Shown here piece by piece: positions 54,176 through 62,851 of a DNA stretch of 64,000 nt; the first letter of the stretch is position 1, and each line of letters opens with the position of its first letter. The notes under the pieces were generated by a model. That model ran no database searches and was not told the origin of the DNA. It saw only the letters and a list, made by a program, of their open reading frames with translations. Origin of the DNA: Candidatus Hydrothermales bacterium (GTDB lineage: Bacteria; Hydrothermota; Hydrothermia; Hydrothermales; JAJRUZ01); assembly GCA_039630235.1 (NCBI GenBank), contig JBCNVI010000002.1, positions 57,501-121,500 of the forward strand. Reading direction: 5' to 3'. Made by a program: the position numbers and the translations under genes.

Positions 54176-55141
54176 ATGAAGATATTTGTGGACACAACGC
54201 CGCTTAGGTACACATTTTCTGGTATACAGGTTTTTATAGTAAATTTAGTTGATGAATTAAAAAGGAAAGGTTTAAAAGTAATTGAGATTAAAAAACCCTT
54301 TTTAAGATTAATTTTTGAAAAAGGCGATATCTATCTGGGCCCAGATGGAAGAGTCCCCTCTTTTAAAAACTTTAAACTTTTAACCACTATGATTCACGAT
54401 CTTTGCTTTGAAATATACCCAAAACTTTTTCCACCTAAGGCAATCAAAATATCAAGAAAAAAGATTAAAAAAGCTCTCTATTACTCAGACATTGTATTTG
54501 TCCCATCAAAATTTACAAAGGAAAGTATTATAAAATTTTATGGCTTTAAAGATAAAATTGAGGTAATTTATCCTGGTGTAAAAAAAATAGAAAATTTAAA
54601 AAAAGTTAATAATATAGGAGAGAATTTTTTTCTGTTTGTTGGGGTCATTCAAAAAAGAAAAAACTTAGTAAACCTTGTAAGAGCCTTTAAAGAGTTGAAT
54701 TTAAAAAATCATCATTTATTATTAGCAGGTAAAGAAGGCTTTGGTTATGAAGAGGTTGAAAAAGAAATTGATAATAAAACTTCCTTTTGGCTAAGAAAAA
54801 CTTTTGATCAAAGTGAGATATTTTATTTATATAAAAAATGCACTGCCCTTGTATTTCCAAGTTTCTGTGAAGGATTCGGTTTACCTGTTCTCGAGGCAAT
54901 TTCTCTAAAAAAACCTGTTATTGCCTCGCCACTGAGCGTTTTTAAAGAATATCTCGGAGAAAACCTTTTTTACCTAAATGGATTTGATAAAGAAGATATA
55001 AAGGAAGGTATAATAAAATTTCTGGATGAAAAAAGAGAAAACATTGAAATAAAAATTAACAGGGCCTATGAGATAGTGAAAAGCTTTACGTGGGAAAATA
55101 CAGCTTTGAATATGATAAAAAAATGGAGGGAAAGAATATAA
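54176..55141 (+). CDS. Family 1 (GT4-type) glycosyltransferase
   Basis: FPSFCEGFGLPVLEA and the upstream FLFVGVIQKRKN motif. Confidence 0.85.
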   Translation: MKIFVDTTPLRYTFSGIQVFIVNLVDELKRKGLKVIEIKKPFLRLIFEKGDIYLGPDGRVPSFKNFKLLTTMIHDLCFEIYPKLFPPKAIKISRKKIKKALYYSDIVFVPSKFTKESIIKFYGFKDKIEVIYPGVKKIENLKKVNNIGENFFLFVGVIQKRKNLVNLVRAFKELNLKNHHLLLAGKEGFGYEEVEKEIDNKTSFWLRKTFDQSEIFYLYKKCTALVFPSFCEGFGLPVLEAISLKKPVIASPLSVFKEYLGENLFYLNGFDKEDIKEGIIKFLDEKRENIEIKINRAYEIVKSFTWENTALNMIKKWRERI

Positions 55142-56469
55142 TAAAAAGATTAATAGAGAACCAAGAACTATTAGCACCTGAAACTGAACCTAATCCCCTG
55201 CATTATAAAAACATAACAAGATTTTATGAAATTTTAGAAGAAAAAAAAGAATTCGGAGAAAAAATTTATGTAATAGGTCATGAAGACTTAGATGGTATAG
55301 CTTCTTTATACGGAATTGAACTACTCCTTAAAGAGCTAGAAATAGAGTTTAAAACCTATCTTCCTTCAAGAGAAAATGAATCTTATGGTGTGTCAAATGC
55401 TGTGATTGAAAGATTCGTAAAAGAAAATTTTGATTTTTTAATTACAGTAGACTGTGGACTTTCTAACAGTAACGAAATAAAGCTTTTGAGAGAACTAGGA
55501 TACGATATTTTTATAATAGACCATCACTCTGAGGGGAACTTTGAAGAAGAAAATTTGATACATCCCTTTTTGGGAATTGGATTCCCCTTTTTGTCTAACG
55601 CAGTGCTTGTATTTGTCATACTATTTTTAAAGTTTGGTGAAAGACTTTGGAAAGAGAAAAAATTTTTGGATTTTACCTATCTTTCTGGTCTTTCAGTTCT
55701 TTCAGATAAGGTTCCTCCTTATTCGGTAAACGGTTTTGTTTTAAAGAAATCACAGCTAATTTTTCAAGAAACTGAAATTTATAAGGTTTTCACCGAAGTT
55801 AACACTAAACCACCGGAGTTTAGGAGGATCTCAAGAATTATTCCCTTTATATCTGCAAGAAATGGAACTCACCTGATCATAGAATTCTTAAGAGAAAAGG
55901 ATGAAAAAACAAAGAGAGATATAATGAGCAATATAATATCTAAATATATTGAGGAGCAGGGAAAATTTGAGGAGTCCCTCTTCAATTCGAAAAATTGTTG
56001 GCAAAGCGATGATAGAATGGTATTTATAATATCTAAAAATATTAATCCGAGATATGCAGGATGGGTTGCTTCACGATTTCTTAAAGAAAGTGGACTTCCT
56101 TCAATATGTATAGCAAAAAAGGGAAACAGGTGGGTGGGAGAAGCACGATCTAAACCACCACTCTCTGTGTTAAAAATATTAAAGGAAACATCTTATCTCT
56201 TTGAAGAATTTGGAGGACACCCCTTTGCCTGTGGGTTTAGTATAAGGGAAGAAAACATAGAACCACTTTTAAATAATCTAAAAATTTTGTCAAAAAGAAT
56301 TTCAAATTTTATACCTGAACCTGATCTTTTCCTAAGTGAAGATGAATTTAAAAAAATTAAAAGTATTTTAGAAAAAATTGGCCTTATGGGTATCACTGTA
56401 TACTTTAAAGTGGACGAAAAAATGTACTACACCTCCCCCAGCGGAATTTTAGAGATTGTTCTTACATAG
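55123..56469 (+). CDS. DHH-family phosphoesterase, RecJ-like paralogue
   Basis: GHEDLDGIAS, TVDCG, IIDHH and DHHA1 GGHPFACG. It has no OB-fold tail. The start is set at the internal ATG. Confidence 0.65.
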   Translation: MEGKNIIKRLIENQELLAPETEPNPLHYKNITRFYEILEEKKEFGEKIYVIGHEDLDGIASLYGIELLLKELEIEFKTYLPSRENESYGVSNAVIERFVKENFDFLITVDCGLSNSNEIKLLRELGYDIFIIDHHSEGNFEEENLIHPFLGIGFPFLSNAVLVFVILFLKFGERLWKEKKFLDFTYLSGLSVLSDKVPPYSVNGFVLKKSQLIFQETEIYKVFTEVNTKPPEFRRISRIIPFISARNGTHLIIEFLREKDEKTKRDIMSNIISKYIEEQGKFEESLFNSKNCWQSDDRMVFIISKNINPRYAGWVASRFLKESGLPSICIAKKGNRWVGEARSKPPLSVLKILKETSYLFEEFGGHPFACGFSIREENIEPLLNNLKILSKRISNFIPEPDLFLSEDEFKKIKSILEKIGLMGITVYFKVDEKMYYTSPSGILEIVLT

Positions 56470-57582
56470 GGACTTAGCCGTTACAACAGTGTAAGCAAAA
56501 ATAAAATCTCTATATAATCCTTCAGATGTCTTTGCTTTTATACTTATAACTTCAGGTTTTATTTTCAAAATTTTTGCTAATTTTTCCCTTATTTTTTTCT
56601 TTTTTTCTCCAAGCTTTGGAGAGTCAAGTAAAATAGTTATATCAATATTTGAAATTTCATAGCCATCACTCTTAAAAATTTGAAAAATTTTCTTTAAAAA
56701 AAAAGTAGATCTTTTCCCCCTCCATCTCATATCAGTATCTGGAAAAAAATCTCCTATATCTCCCCTTACAGTAATCCCTAATAAGGCATCACATAGAGAG
56801 TGAATAACTGCATCACCATCTGAGTGTCCAACTGCATAAATTCCCTTTTTTATAGCTACACCACCTACAAAAAGACTTTTATTTCCTCTTGCTAACCTAT
56901 GTATATCGAAACCAAAACTTGTTTTAAAATTAAAGTGACCTAAAAAATAATCTAAATCAGAAAGATCCCTGTCATAAGTGATTTTAAAATTAAAAAGAGA
57001 ATCTTTAACATAAAAAGGGTTAATATTTAAGACTTCTTTAAGTAGAGTACTTTCATCAGGGTAATCTCTTTTTTCTGTTTTTTCAAGGGCTTTTAATATT
57101 AAACTCTTTTTTGTTGCCTGAGGTGTATGAATTAACTTAACGTTATCTCTATCGATTCTTTTATTCTCGTAGATGCAGGTATCATAGGGTGAAAAATAGG
57201 GAACAACGATATTGGCTTTTTTAAGTTTTTTTCTCATGTCTACTACTAGTGATTTTGAAAAGAAAGGTCTTGCAAGATCATGAATAAAAACATATTCAAA
57301 TTTAGCCTTTTTGACAGCCTTCTCCATACTTTCACATCTTGTTTTTCCACCCTCTATTACTTTCACTTTTAGTTTAGGTTTTTGGTTTTTAATCTCTTTT
57401 TTAACCTTTGACTTATACTCCGCTGGACATGCAAGGATTACTTCTCCGATAAATTCTATACCTTCAAGTTTTTCAATTAAATACTTATAAATAGGTTTAT
57501 CCTCTATTTTTAGAAAAATCTTTGGTTTTCCGATTCTTTCCCCTTTTCCGGCCCCTAGTATAATAAAAGATGTATCTTTCAA
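56449..57582 (-). CDS. ispDF: Bifunctional IspD/IspF (MEP cytidylyltransferase / MEcPP synthase)
   Basis: N-terminal GAGKGERIG. The C-terminal IspF half has GFDIHRL and GHSDGDAVIHSLCDALLG. Confidence 0.9.
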   Translation of the reverse strand: MKDTSFIILGAGKGERIGKPKIFLKIEDKPIYKYLIEKLEGIEFIGEVILACPAEYKSKVKKEIKNQKPKLKVKVIEGGKTRCESMEKAVKKAKFEYVFIHDLARPFFSKSLVVDMRKKLKKANIVVPYFSPYDTCIYENKRIDRDNVKLIHTPQATKKSLILKALEKTEKRDYPDESTLLKEVLNINPFYVKDSLFNFKITYDRDLSDLDYFLGHFNFKTSFGFDIHRLARGNKSLFVGGVAIKKGIYAVGHSDGDAVIHSLCDALLGITVRGDIGDFFPDTDMRWRGKRSTFFLKKIFQIFKSDGYEISNIDITILLDSPKLGEKKKKIREKLAKILKIKPEVISIKAKTSEGLYRDFIFAYTVVTAKSLCKNNL

Positions 57583-57845
57583 ATTTTTTGTAAGAGATAT
57601 ATCATAAGAAAAATAAGGACAAAAGTTAGGATATTTATTGAGAAATTAAATCCAAATTTAAAGTCTAGTATAATGAGATTGATTTTTAGTTCTTCTAAAC
57701 CAATTTTGGAGCTATAGAGCACTACGTCTCTGGCAGGAGATGGGGGTATAAGATTTTTAAGTATGACGCCTAAAATATCACCCAATGCTCCTGCCAGTAT
57801 TACAGCAATAATGTTTCTGATTGTAAAAATTTTACGGGAAGACAT
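57579..57845 (-). CDS. Small membrane protein (DUF4321-like)
   Basis: 88 aa with two hydrophobic helices. The N-terminal region is IIAVILAGALGDILGVILKNL. It is translationally coupled to ispDF by a 4-nt overlap. Confidence 0.5.
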   Translation of the reverse strand: MSSRKIFTIRNIIAVILAGALGDILGVILKNLIPPSPARDVVLYSSKIGLEELKINLIILDFKFGFNFSINILTFVLIFLMIYLLQKI

Positions 57846-57856
57846 TTATTTTATTA

Positions 57857-57940
57857 TGCCGGGGGCGGGACTCGAACCCGCACGGGGTCACCCCCAGGGG
57901 ATTTTAAGTCCCCTACGTCTACCGATTCCGTCACCCCGGC
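57857..57940 (-). tRNA. tRNA-Leu (anticodon UAA), type II with long variable arm
   Basis: The minus strand reads GCCGGGGTGACGGAATCGGTAGACGTAGGGGACTTAAAATCCCCTGGGGGTGACCCCGTGCGGGTTCGAGTCCCGCCCCCGGCA. It has a 7-bp acceptor stem, anticodon stem GGGGA/TCCCC with loop CT-TAA-AA, and T-loop GGTTCGAGTCC. No CCA is encoded. Confidence 0.93.
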
Positions 57941-58039
57941 ATAACCCTCCCTCTGACTTGCTTTTTATATTTTAATAAAATTAAAATTAATTTTCAAGAT
58001 GGTTCAACTCCTTATGTTTTTAAGAAAGGAGAACCTTAA

Positions 58040-58276
58040 ATGGATGTATTTGCAACATTAAGAGATATAATAGTAGAAGAATTAAACGTTACACCAGAAC
58101 AAGTAACAATGGAAGCTAGATTTCAAGAAGATTTGGGTGCTGATTCTTTAGATGTAGTCGAGCTTGTCATGAAAATTGAAGAAAAGTTTGGCATTGAAGT
58201 TCCTGATGAAGATGCCGAAAAAATCAGAACAGTAAAAGACGCAGTTGAGTATATACAAAGTAAACTAAAAACATGA
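58040..58276 (+). CDS. acpP: Acyl carrier protein
   Basis: 78 aa with phosphopantetheine site [13 protein letters not shown]. Confidence 0.93.
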   Translation: MDVFATLRDIIVEELNVTPEQVTMEARFQEDLGADSLDVVELVMKIEEKFGIEVPDEDAEKIRTVKDAVEYIQSKLKT

Positions 58277-59520
58277 AAGAAAGAGAAGTAGTCGTTACAG
58301 GAATAGGAATCCTTACTTCACTTGGCAGAACTAAGGATGAAAATTTTGAAAACTTATTAAAGGGTAAAAGCGGAGTATCAAGAATAGAAAGATTTGACAC
58401 CTCTAATTTACCATCAAAAATTGCAGCCGAAATTAAAAATTTCAACCCAGAAGAAAGATTATCTAGCAAAGAAATTAAAAGACAAGATCTTTATACTATC
58501 TACTCCCTTTATGTAACCGAAGAGGCTTTAGAAGATGCAGGATGGGGTAATGGTTTTCCCTATAAAGGCGAAGATGTAGGAGTTATAATTTCATCTGGAA
58601 TAGGGGGAATAATTACACTAGAAGAAGAGATCAGAAAAATGTATGAAAGGGGAGTTAAATGGGTTTCTCCTTTTCTTGTTCCTATGATGATACCAGATAT
58701 TGCCTCTGGTGTAATTTCAATTAAATACGGATTTAAAGGGCCTAACTTTTCGGTTGTTTCTGCCTGTGCCTCTAGTGCCCACGCCATTGGTGAAGCGATG
58801 CTACTTATTAAAAACGGACATGCCAAGGCAATTATAGTTGGTGGATCAGAGGCACCTTTAACTCCAATTGCACTTGCGGGTTTTGGCAACATGAAAGCAT
58901 TGTCAACGAGAAACGATGAACCAGAAAAGGCTTCAAGACCTTTTGATAAACTGAGAGATGGATTTGTAATGGCTGAAGGTTGTGCTGTTCTTGTACTTGA
59001 AGAAAAAGAAAGTGCTATGAAAAGAGGTGCAAGGATTTATGCTGAGCTTGTTGGATACGGAGCAACTGCAGATGCATACCATATAACTGCTCCCTGTGTT
59101 GACGGAGAAGGAGCCTATAGATCTATGAAAAGGGCCTGTGAAAGTGCCTCTGTAGACCCTATGGAAATAGACTACATAAATTCTCATGGAACTGCAACAC
59201 CTAGAGGTGATGTAGCAGAAACTTTGGCTATAAAAAGACTTCTGGGGGAAAGAGCCTATAAGATACCTATCAATTCCACAAAAAGTATGGTTGGTCACCT
59301 ACTAGGGGGAGCTGGAGCTTTGGAGGCGGGGGTTACAGTGTTATCTATATATCACAAAAAAGTACATCCCACAATTAACCTTGAATATCCTGATCCTGAA
59401 TGTGACCTTGACTATGTTAAGGAGGGCGCAAGAGAAGTTGATATAAGGTATGCACTTTCAAATTCTTTTGGCTTTGGGGGACATAACTGTTCCCTTTTAT
59501 TTAAAAGATTCGAGGGTTAA
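58273..59520 (+). CDS. fabF: Beta-ketoacyl-ACP synthase II
   Basis: Active-site [14 protein letters not shown] and VGHLLGGAG. Overlaps acpP by 4 nt. Confidence 0.92.
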   Translation: MKEREVVVTGIGILTSLGRTKDENFENLLKGKSGVSRIERFDTSNLPSKIAAEIKNFNPEERLSSKEIKRQDLYTIYSLYVTEEALEDAGWGNGFPYKGEDVGVIISSGIGGIITLEEEIRKMYERGVKWVSPFLVPMMIPDIASGVISIKYGFKGPNFSVVSACASSAHAIGEAMLLIKNGHAKAIIVGGSEAPLTPIALAGFGNMKALSTRNDEPEKASRPFDKLRDGFVMAEGCAVLVLEEKESAMKRGARIYAELVGYGATADAYHITAPCVDGEGAYRSMKRACESASVDPMEIDYINSHGTATPRGDVAETLAIKRLLGERAYKIPINSTKSMVGHLLGGAGALEAGVTVLSIYHKKVHPTINLEYPDPECDLDYVKEGAREVDIRYALSNSFGFGGHNCSLLFKRFEG

Positions 59521-59522
59521 AA

Positions 59523-60536
59523 ATGAAAGATGAGAGGAAAAAAGCACTTGAATTAGCAGTAAAACAAATAGAGAAAGTCCACGGCAAAGGTGCCATAATG
59601 AGACTTGGCGAAAAGGAACTTATAAAGGTTCCAGTAATCCCCACTGGTTCAATTTCTCTTGATCTTGCTATTGGAATAGGTGGATATCCAAGGGGAAGGA
59701 TAGTAGAGATATATGGTCCAGAAGCATCAGGAAAAACTACTTTAGCACTTCATGCGATAGCAGAAGTTCAGAAAGAAGATGGAATTGCAGCTTTCATAGA
59801 TGCTGAACATGCGCTCGATCCAGCCTATGCTGAAAAACTTGGAGTAAATTTATCAGAGCTGTGGATTTCTCAACCAGATACTGGGGAACAGGCTCTTGAG
59901 ATAGCTGAAACTTTAGTAAGATCAGGAGCGGTTGACCTCATAGTAGTTGATTCGGTAGCGGCTCTTGTGCCTAAAGCTGAGATAATGGGAGAAATGGGAG
60001 AGTCCCACGTTGGACTGCAGGCAAGACTTATGTCACAGGCTATGAGAAAATTAGCAGGTGTACTCAATAAATCAAAAACTTGTGCAATTTTTGTAAATCA
60101 GATAAGACACAGGATAGGGGTACTTTATGGTAATCCTGAAACAACACCTGGAGGACTTGCTTTAAAGTTTCATGCATCTTTAAGATTAGAGATTAAAAAA
60201 GTTGAGAATATAAAGGTAGATGAAGAGGTAATTGGAAGTAGAGTTAAAGTAAAAGTGGTAAAAAATAAACTTGCACCTCCCTTTAAAGAGGCGACTTTTG
60301 ACATACTTTACGGCAAGGGAATTTCAAAAGAGAGTGAATTAATTGATCTTGCTGTTGAAAGAGGAATAATACAGAGATCTGGAACATGGTATTCCTATAA
60401 AGGAAAACAACTTGGACAGGGGAGGGAAAATGTAAGGAAATTACTTGAAGAAAATCAAGCTCTCTTTAGCGAGATTGAAAAGGAATTGAAAAAGGAGATT
60501 TTCGAGAAACAAGCAAAGGAAGAGAAAAAAGATTAA
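59523..60536 (+). CDS. recA: Recombinase RecA
   Basis: [12 protein letters not shown] Walker [10 protein letters not shown], and the L1/L2 loops. 337 aa. It starts 3 nt after the fabF stop. Confidence 0.95.
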   Translation: MKDERKKALELAVKQIEKVHGKGAIMRLGEKELIKVPVIPTGSISLDLAIGIGGYPRGRIVEIYGPEASGKTTLALHAIAEVQKEDGIAAFIDAEHALDPAYAEKLGVNLSELWISQPDTGEQALEIAETLVRSGAVDLIVVDSVAALVPKAEIMGEMGESHVGLQARLMSQAMRKLAGVLNKSKTCAIFVNQIRHRIGVLYGNPETTPGGLALKFHASLRLEIKKVENIKVDEEVIGSRVKVKVVKNKLAPPFKEATFDILYGKGISKESELIDLAVERGIIQRSGTWYSYKGKQLGQGRENVRKLLEENQALFSEIEKELKKEIFEKQAKEEKKD

Positions 60537-60537
60537 G

Positions 60538-61434
60538 GTAGGTGTAATTTTTAATCCCTATTCAGGCTCAGGAAAATCTTTTAAAATTCTTAGGTGGTTA
60601 AAGGAGAGATTAAAAAGGGATAATCTAAAATTTTTTATTGAGAAAATAGAGAAGAAGATTAATATAAAAGAAAATTTGTTAAGATTAAAGGAGAAAGGGG
60701 TTGATAGAGTTATAGTTCTTGGGGGTGATGGAACACTTTTTCATATTATTAACAACTTACCAGTTGATTTTAAAATACCCTTTTGCCTTTTTCCCTCAGG
60801 GTCAGGAAATGATTTTCTAAAGACAGTTTTTGGGAAAAAGAGAGACTTAAATTTTTTCTATACTGTTTTCAAAGAGGGTGAAGTTAGAGAAAGCTTTACT
60901 GGAGAAATAGAAACAGAGAAAAGAAAGCTATTATTTACTAATGCTGCAGGTATCGGATTTGATGCCAAAATAGCAAAGAGAGCACTTAAAATTAAAAATT
61001 TAAGGGGTTTACCAAGATACCTACTTTCACTTCTAATTGAGCTAAAAGGAAAAATTTCATATAAGATGGAACTAAGAAACGGTGATAATTTTTTAGTCGG
61101 AGAATACCTCCTTTTAGGAATTGGACTTGGTAAATATGTGGGTGGTGGATTTAAACTTTTTCCAAACGCTTCACCCTTTAAAGATGAATTTTCCGTTTGC
61201 ATAATTAAAAATATGGGGAAAATAGAAGCTTTAAGAAAGCTCCCCTATGTGATAAAGGGAACTCATCTTTCTTTACCGGATTGTATTTATTTTAAAACAA
61301 AAGAATTAAAACTCAACATCAAGGAAGATTCTCTAATTCAACTTGATGGTGAGGTTTTAAATTTAAAAAGAGGAGATATTAAAGCAAGGATATCTCAAAA
61401 AAAGTTCCTCTTTCTTTATAAGACCTCTATTTGA
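60538..61434 (+). CDS. Diacylglycerol/lipid kinase family protein (DAGK_cat, YegS-like); 5' boundary uncertain
   Basis: Catalytic GGDGT is present in VIVLGGDGTLFHIIN. The in-frame upstream sequence VGVIFNPYSGSGKSF (60538-) is the conserved N-terminus. No ATG/GTG/TTG occurs in that frame before the TTG at 60676. Confidence 0.7.
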   Translation, partial: VGVIFNPYSGSGKSFKILRWLKERLKRDNLKFFIEKIEKKINIKENLLRLKEKGVDRVIVLGGDGTLFHIINNLPVDFKIPFCLFPSGSGNDFLKTVFGKKRDLNFFYTVFKEGEVRESFTGEIETEKRKLLFTNAAGIGFDAKIAKRALKIKNLRGLPRYLLSLLIELKGKISYKMELRNGDNFLVGEYLLLGIGLGKYVGGGFKLFPNASPFKDEFSVCIIKNMGKIEALRKLPYVIKGTHLSLPDCIYFKTKELKLNIKEDSLIQLDGEVLNLKRGDIKARISQKKFLFLYKTSI

Positions 61435-62575
61435 AAATTATCTTAGAGACTATATTTTCTCTATCACTACTAATGATGACTTTACCTTTTTTGTTTTTAC
61501 CGAATATTCCGAAAGCAACTTTTTCAAGCTCTTTAAGAAGTTCACTTTCTATTCCTCTTGCTCCTGTTCCTCTTTTGAGAGCTTTTTGAACAATTAAATC
61601 TTTAGCCTTTTCAGTAATAACAACATCAAAACCTTCCAGTTTAAATTCATTTTTTAATTTTTCTAATTTAAGATCTAGGATATCTTTGAGGGTTTCTTTA
61701 TCAAGAGCTTCAAAGGGTATTATTCTTTGAAACCTCGCGATGAGTTCAGGTAAAAAGCCGTATTTTAGAAAATTTGTAAGATCTTCCTCTTCTCCCCTTA
61801 GTTTATATGCTATTAATTCCTCATTTTCCTCAATTTCCCTTAAAAAACCAATACTCTCTCTCTCTATTTCTCTTTTAAAACCAGTGAAGGCTCCTATTGC
61901 AATAAAAAGTATCTCCCTTGTATTTATTTTTCCCTCTACGTTATGATCCTCGCCATATTCAAATATTTTATGTTCAAGAAGTTTTAGAAGCTCTCTCTGA
62001 ACTCCATAACCAGAAACATCTTTTTGAGTCCCAGCTCCAGCAAATCTTAAATTACTAGTTGACCCTGCTATTTTATCAAATTCATCAATAATTACTGCTC
62101 CAATTTGAGCTAAGTATTTGTTTCCCCTTGCTGCCTCAATTAATTTATAGGGAATATTTATGACATTTTCACCTACGTATCCTGTTTCACTGTATTTTGT
62201 AATATCAATTATCACATAGGGAATTTTCAGGATTTTACCAAAAAGTAGCTCCACTATATAGGTTTTTCCACAACCTGTAGGACCCATGAATATGTAATTT
62301 ACCTTCTCTGGAAGTAACTCGGGCGCAATTTTGTCTTCATAAATCATCTTTATTCTTCTAAGATGCCTATAGATTGCCACACAAACCATTTTCCTTGCTT
62401 CTTTTTGCCCTCTATAACCCTCTTTTTCGAGAAGCTCAAAAAGTTCTCCAGGTGAATATAAAGGTAAATCTCTTACAAATTTCTCAAATTCTTTTATTTT
62501 CTGACCCTCTATTTCAGAAACTTTATTAAGAAAGAAGAAAAAATCATCAGCATACCGGTATTTTTTTTCCTTCAT
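61427..62575 (-). CDS. ClpX-family AAA+ ATPase lacking the N-terminal zinc-binding domain
   Basis: Walker A GPTGCGKT, pore-1 loop TGYVGENV, Walker B VIIDEFDKI, DVSGYGVQRELLKLLE, an IGF tripeptide (ESIGFL), and sensor-2 GTGARGIES. There is no C4 zinc ribbon and no RKH loop. Confidence 0.75.
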   Translation of the reverse strand: MKEKKYRYADDFFFFLNKVSEIEGQKIKEFEKFVRDLPLYSPGELFELLEKEGYRGQKEARKMVCVAIYRHLRRIKMIYEDKIAPELLPEKVNYIFMGPTGCGKTYIVELLFGKILKIPYVIIDITKYSETGYVGENVINIPYKLIEAARGNKYLAQIGAVIIDEFDKIAGSTSNLRFAGAGTQKDVSGYGVQRELLKLLEHKIFEYGEDHNVEGKINTREILFIAIGAFTGFKREIERESIGFLREIEENEELIAYKLRGEEEDLTNFLKYGFLPELIARFQRIIPFEALDKETLKDILDLKLEKLKNEFKLEGFDVVITEKAKDLIVQKALKRGTGARGIESELLKELEKVAFGIFGKNKKGKVIISSDRENIVSKIIFK

Positions 62576-62606
62576 TTTTAAAATTATAAGAAACAGGTAT
62601 TTCTAT

Positions 62607-62636
62607 TTGACAAAGTGTATACTTAGACTTTATTAA
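62607..62636 (+). promoter_or_regulatory. Possible sigma-70-like promoter upstream of dnaA
   Basis: TTGACA (62607-62612), an 18-nt spacer, then TATTAA (62631-62636). Confidence 0.3.
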
Positions 62637-62740
62637 ATTAACTACCCTGGGAAAAGACAAAAAAATTAGAGTAATTGTAACAAAAATTATGGACAAAATT
62701 GATTTAGAGAGAAATTTTAAAAAAATTCACTTTAATGTTA

Positions 62741-62826
62741 TGTGGAAATTTTCCCTTGATTTTAAAAATCTTGCTCTTAGAGAAGTAAATATTTATAGAA
62801 ATAAATGTGGAAAACTTTGTGGAAAA
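62741..62826. promoter_or_regulatory. Three DnaA-box-like sites (dnaA autoregulation / oriC-proximal)
   Basis: TGTGGAAAT at 62741-62749, TGTGGAAAA at 62806-62814 and TGTGGAAAA at 62818-62826. All share one orientation and differ by 1-2 mismatches from the reverse complement of TTATCCACA. Confidence 0.5.
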
Positions 62827-62851
62827 ATTTTATATCAAGGAGGGATTTAAA

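Noticed and set aside
57763-57975. 70-aa plus-strand ORF (MTPKISPNAP...)
   Set aside because: It runs antisense across the small membrane-protein gene and straight through the tRNA-Leu gene, so it is an artefact of the GC-rich tRNA sequence.
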